DNA of 64,000 nucleotides from Yuukianura sp. NJ FZ-2021 (Eukaryota): NCBI GenBank assembly GCA_046563655.1, contig CM102285.1, positions 12,896,001 to 12,960,000 of the forward strand, read 5' to 3'. Shown piece by piece: positions 63,418 to 64,000 of this stretch (position 1 is its first letter; each line of letters starts with the position of its first letter). The notes under the pieces were generated by a model. It saw only the letters and a program-made list of their open reading frames with translations, ran no database searches and was not told where the DNA came from. The position numbers and the translations under genes were made by a program.

Positions 63418-64000
63418 TTAGTCCAAAACGTCCGGTATATTGGGGGATCCATGGCCACAGGCACCACTACTGTCATCCACTTGAAACTGCTCGTCGCCGC
63501 TACCGCGAGCTCCAAGTAAAGAATTGAGAGAACTACTAGAAGTAGAGCCTTCACTGCTACTCGACGAGCTGCGACGACGGTTGAACTGTTTCTTCTTCCG
63601 TTTCATCGGAATACTTCCAATTCCCATTATGTTGTCTATTGGAGCATCCAATACTGCTGCAATTCTGGCGTTAAGAGCGGCATCATTGAACATTGAAATC
63701 CGAGGAAGGTTGACGTTGTTGTCTCCGCTTCCGTCAGTTGGTACACCAGGAGCAGGACTCAGTGAAGTTGAACATTCGCCCTCTTCCATGGGGATTGGTG
63801 GCTGAGGTTTCCCCGTGAGAAATCGACCTTGAGCGCTAGCGAAGGCCAGCAACCTAGCATGTTCTCTAATGTAGGCAGTTCGATTATGTTGTTCCAGCAA
63901 CATTTGTCGTCCGGTCACGAATTCACCGCCACTGGAACGGGGTACTGGAACAATCGGATGGAAATTGCCAGTAACTCTTCCGATTCCTTGTTGAAGTAGA
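63418..64000 (-). CDS. 3' end of an unidentified protein (5' partial, Ser-rich, NLS-like KRKKK)
   Basis: The frame is open from the window edge to a stop at 63418 (>190 codons) and has coding-like GC content. No family recognised. Confidence 0.6.
   Translation of the reverse strand, partial: LLQQGIGRVTGNFHPIVPVPRSSGGEFVTGRQMLLEQHNRTAYIREHARLLAFASAQGRFLTGKPQPPIPMEEGECSTSLSPAPGVPTDGSGDNNVNLPRISMFNDAALNARIAAVLDAPIDNIMGIGSIPMKRKKKQFNRRRSSSSSSEGSTSSSSLNSLLGARGSGDEQFQVDDSSGACGHGSPNIPDVLD

Overview
AT-rich, gene-dense eukaryotic genomic DNA with many short (about 55-100 nt) introns. It comes from an arthropod, most likely a hexapod or pancrustacean such as a springtail; this is inferred from the gustatory receptor, prophenoloxidase, Sona-like metalloprotease and GluCl-like channel. 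About 25 protein-coding genes could be spliced by eye: the eya 3' end, a 4-TM orphan, a Sona/ADAMTS-like metalloprotease, sarcosine/pipecolate oxidase, a Reeler protein, MCAT, Fax-like, DTYMK, an alpha-arrestin, a short PRC1-like gene, PET100, BTB-ZF, PPO, V-ATPase d, a secreted EF-hand protein, a divergent GluCl-like subunit, a Gr, DNAJC12, AKAP14-like, SAMHD1-like, WDR89, CYHR1 and three further orphans. There are also two non-autonomous DNA transposons with nested inverted repeats and several small repeats. No rRNA, tRNA or CRISPR features were seen. The most notable observations are: a pair of mutually exclusive duplicated exons inside the metalloprotease catalytic domain; a GluCl-like subunit with PAR replaced by EAR at the selectivity filter and no M3 ivermectin glycine; a PPO with a ~110-aa low-complexity C-terminal tail reached through a GC-AG intron; a possibly horizontally acquired oxidase; and a high density of perfect nuclear-receptor DR1 elements. 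Family assignments come from recalled motifs, not database searches, and exon boundaries were read manually.
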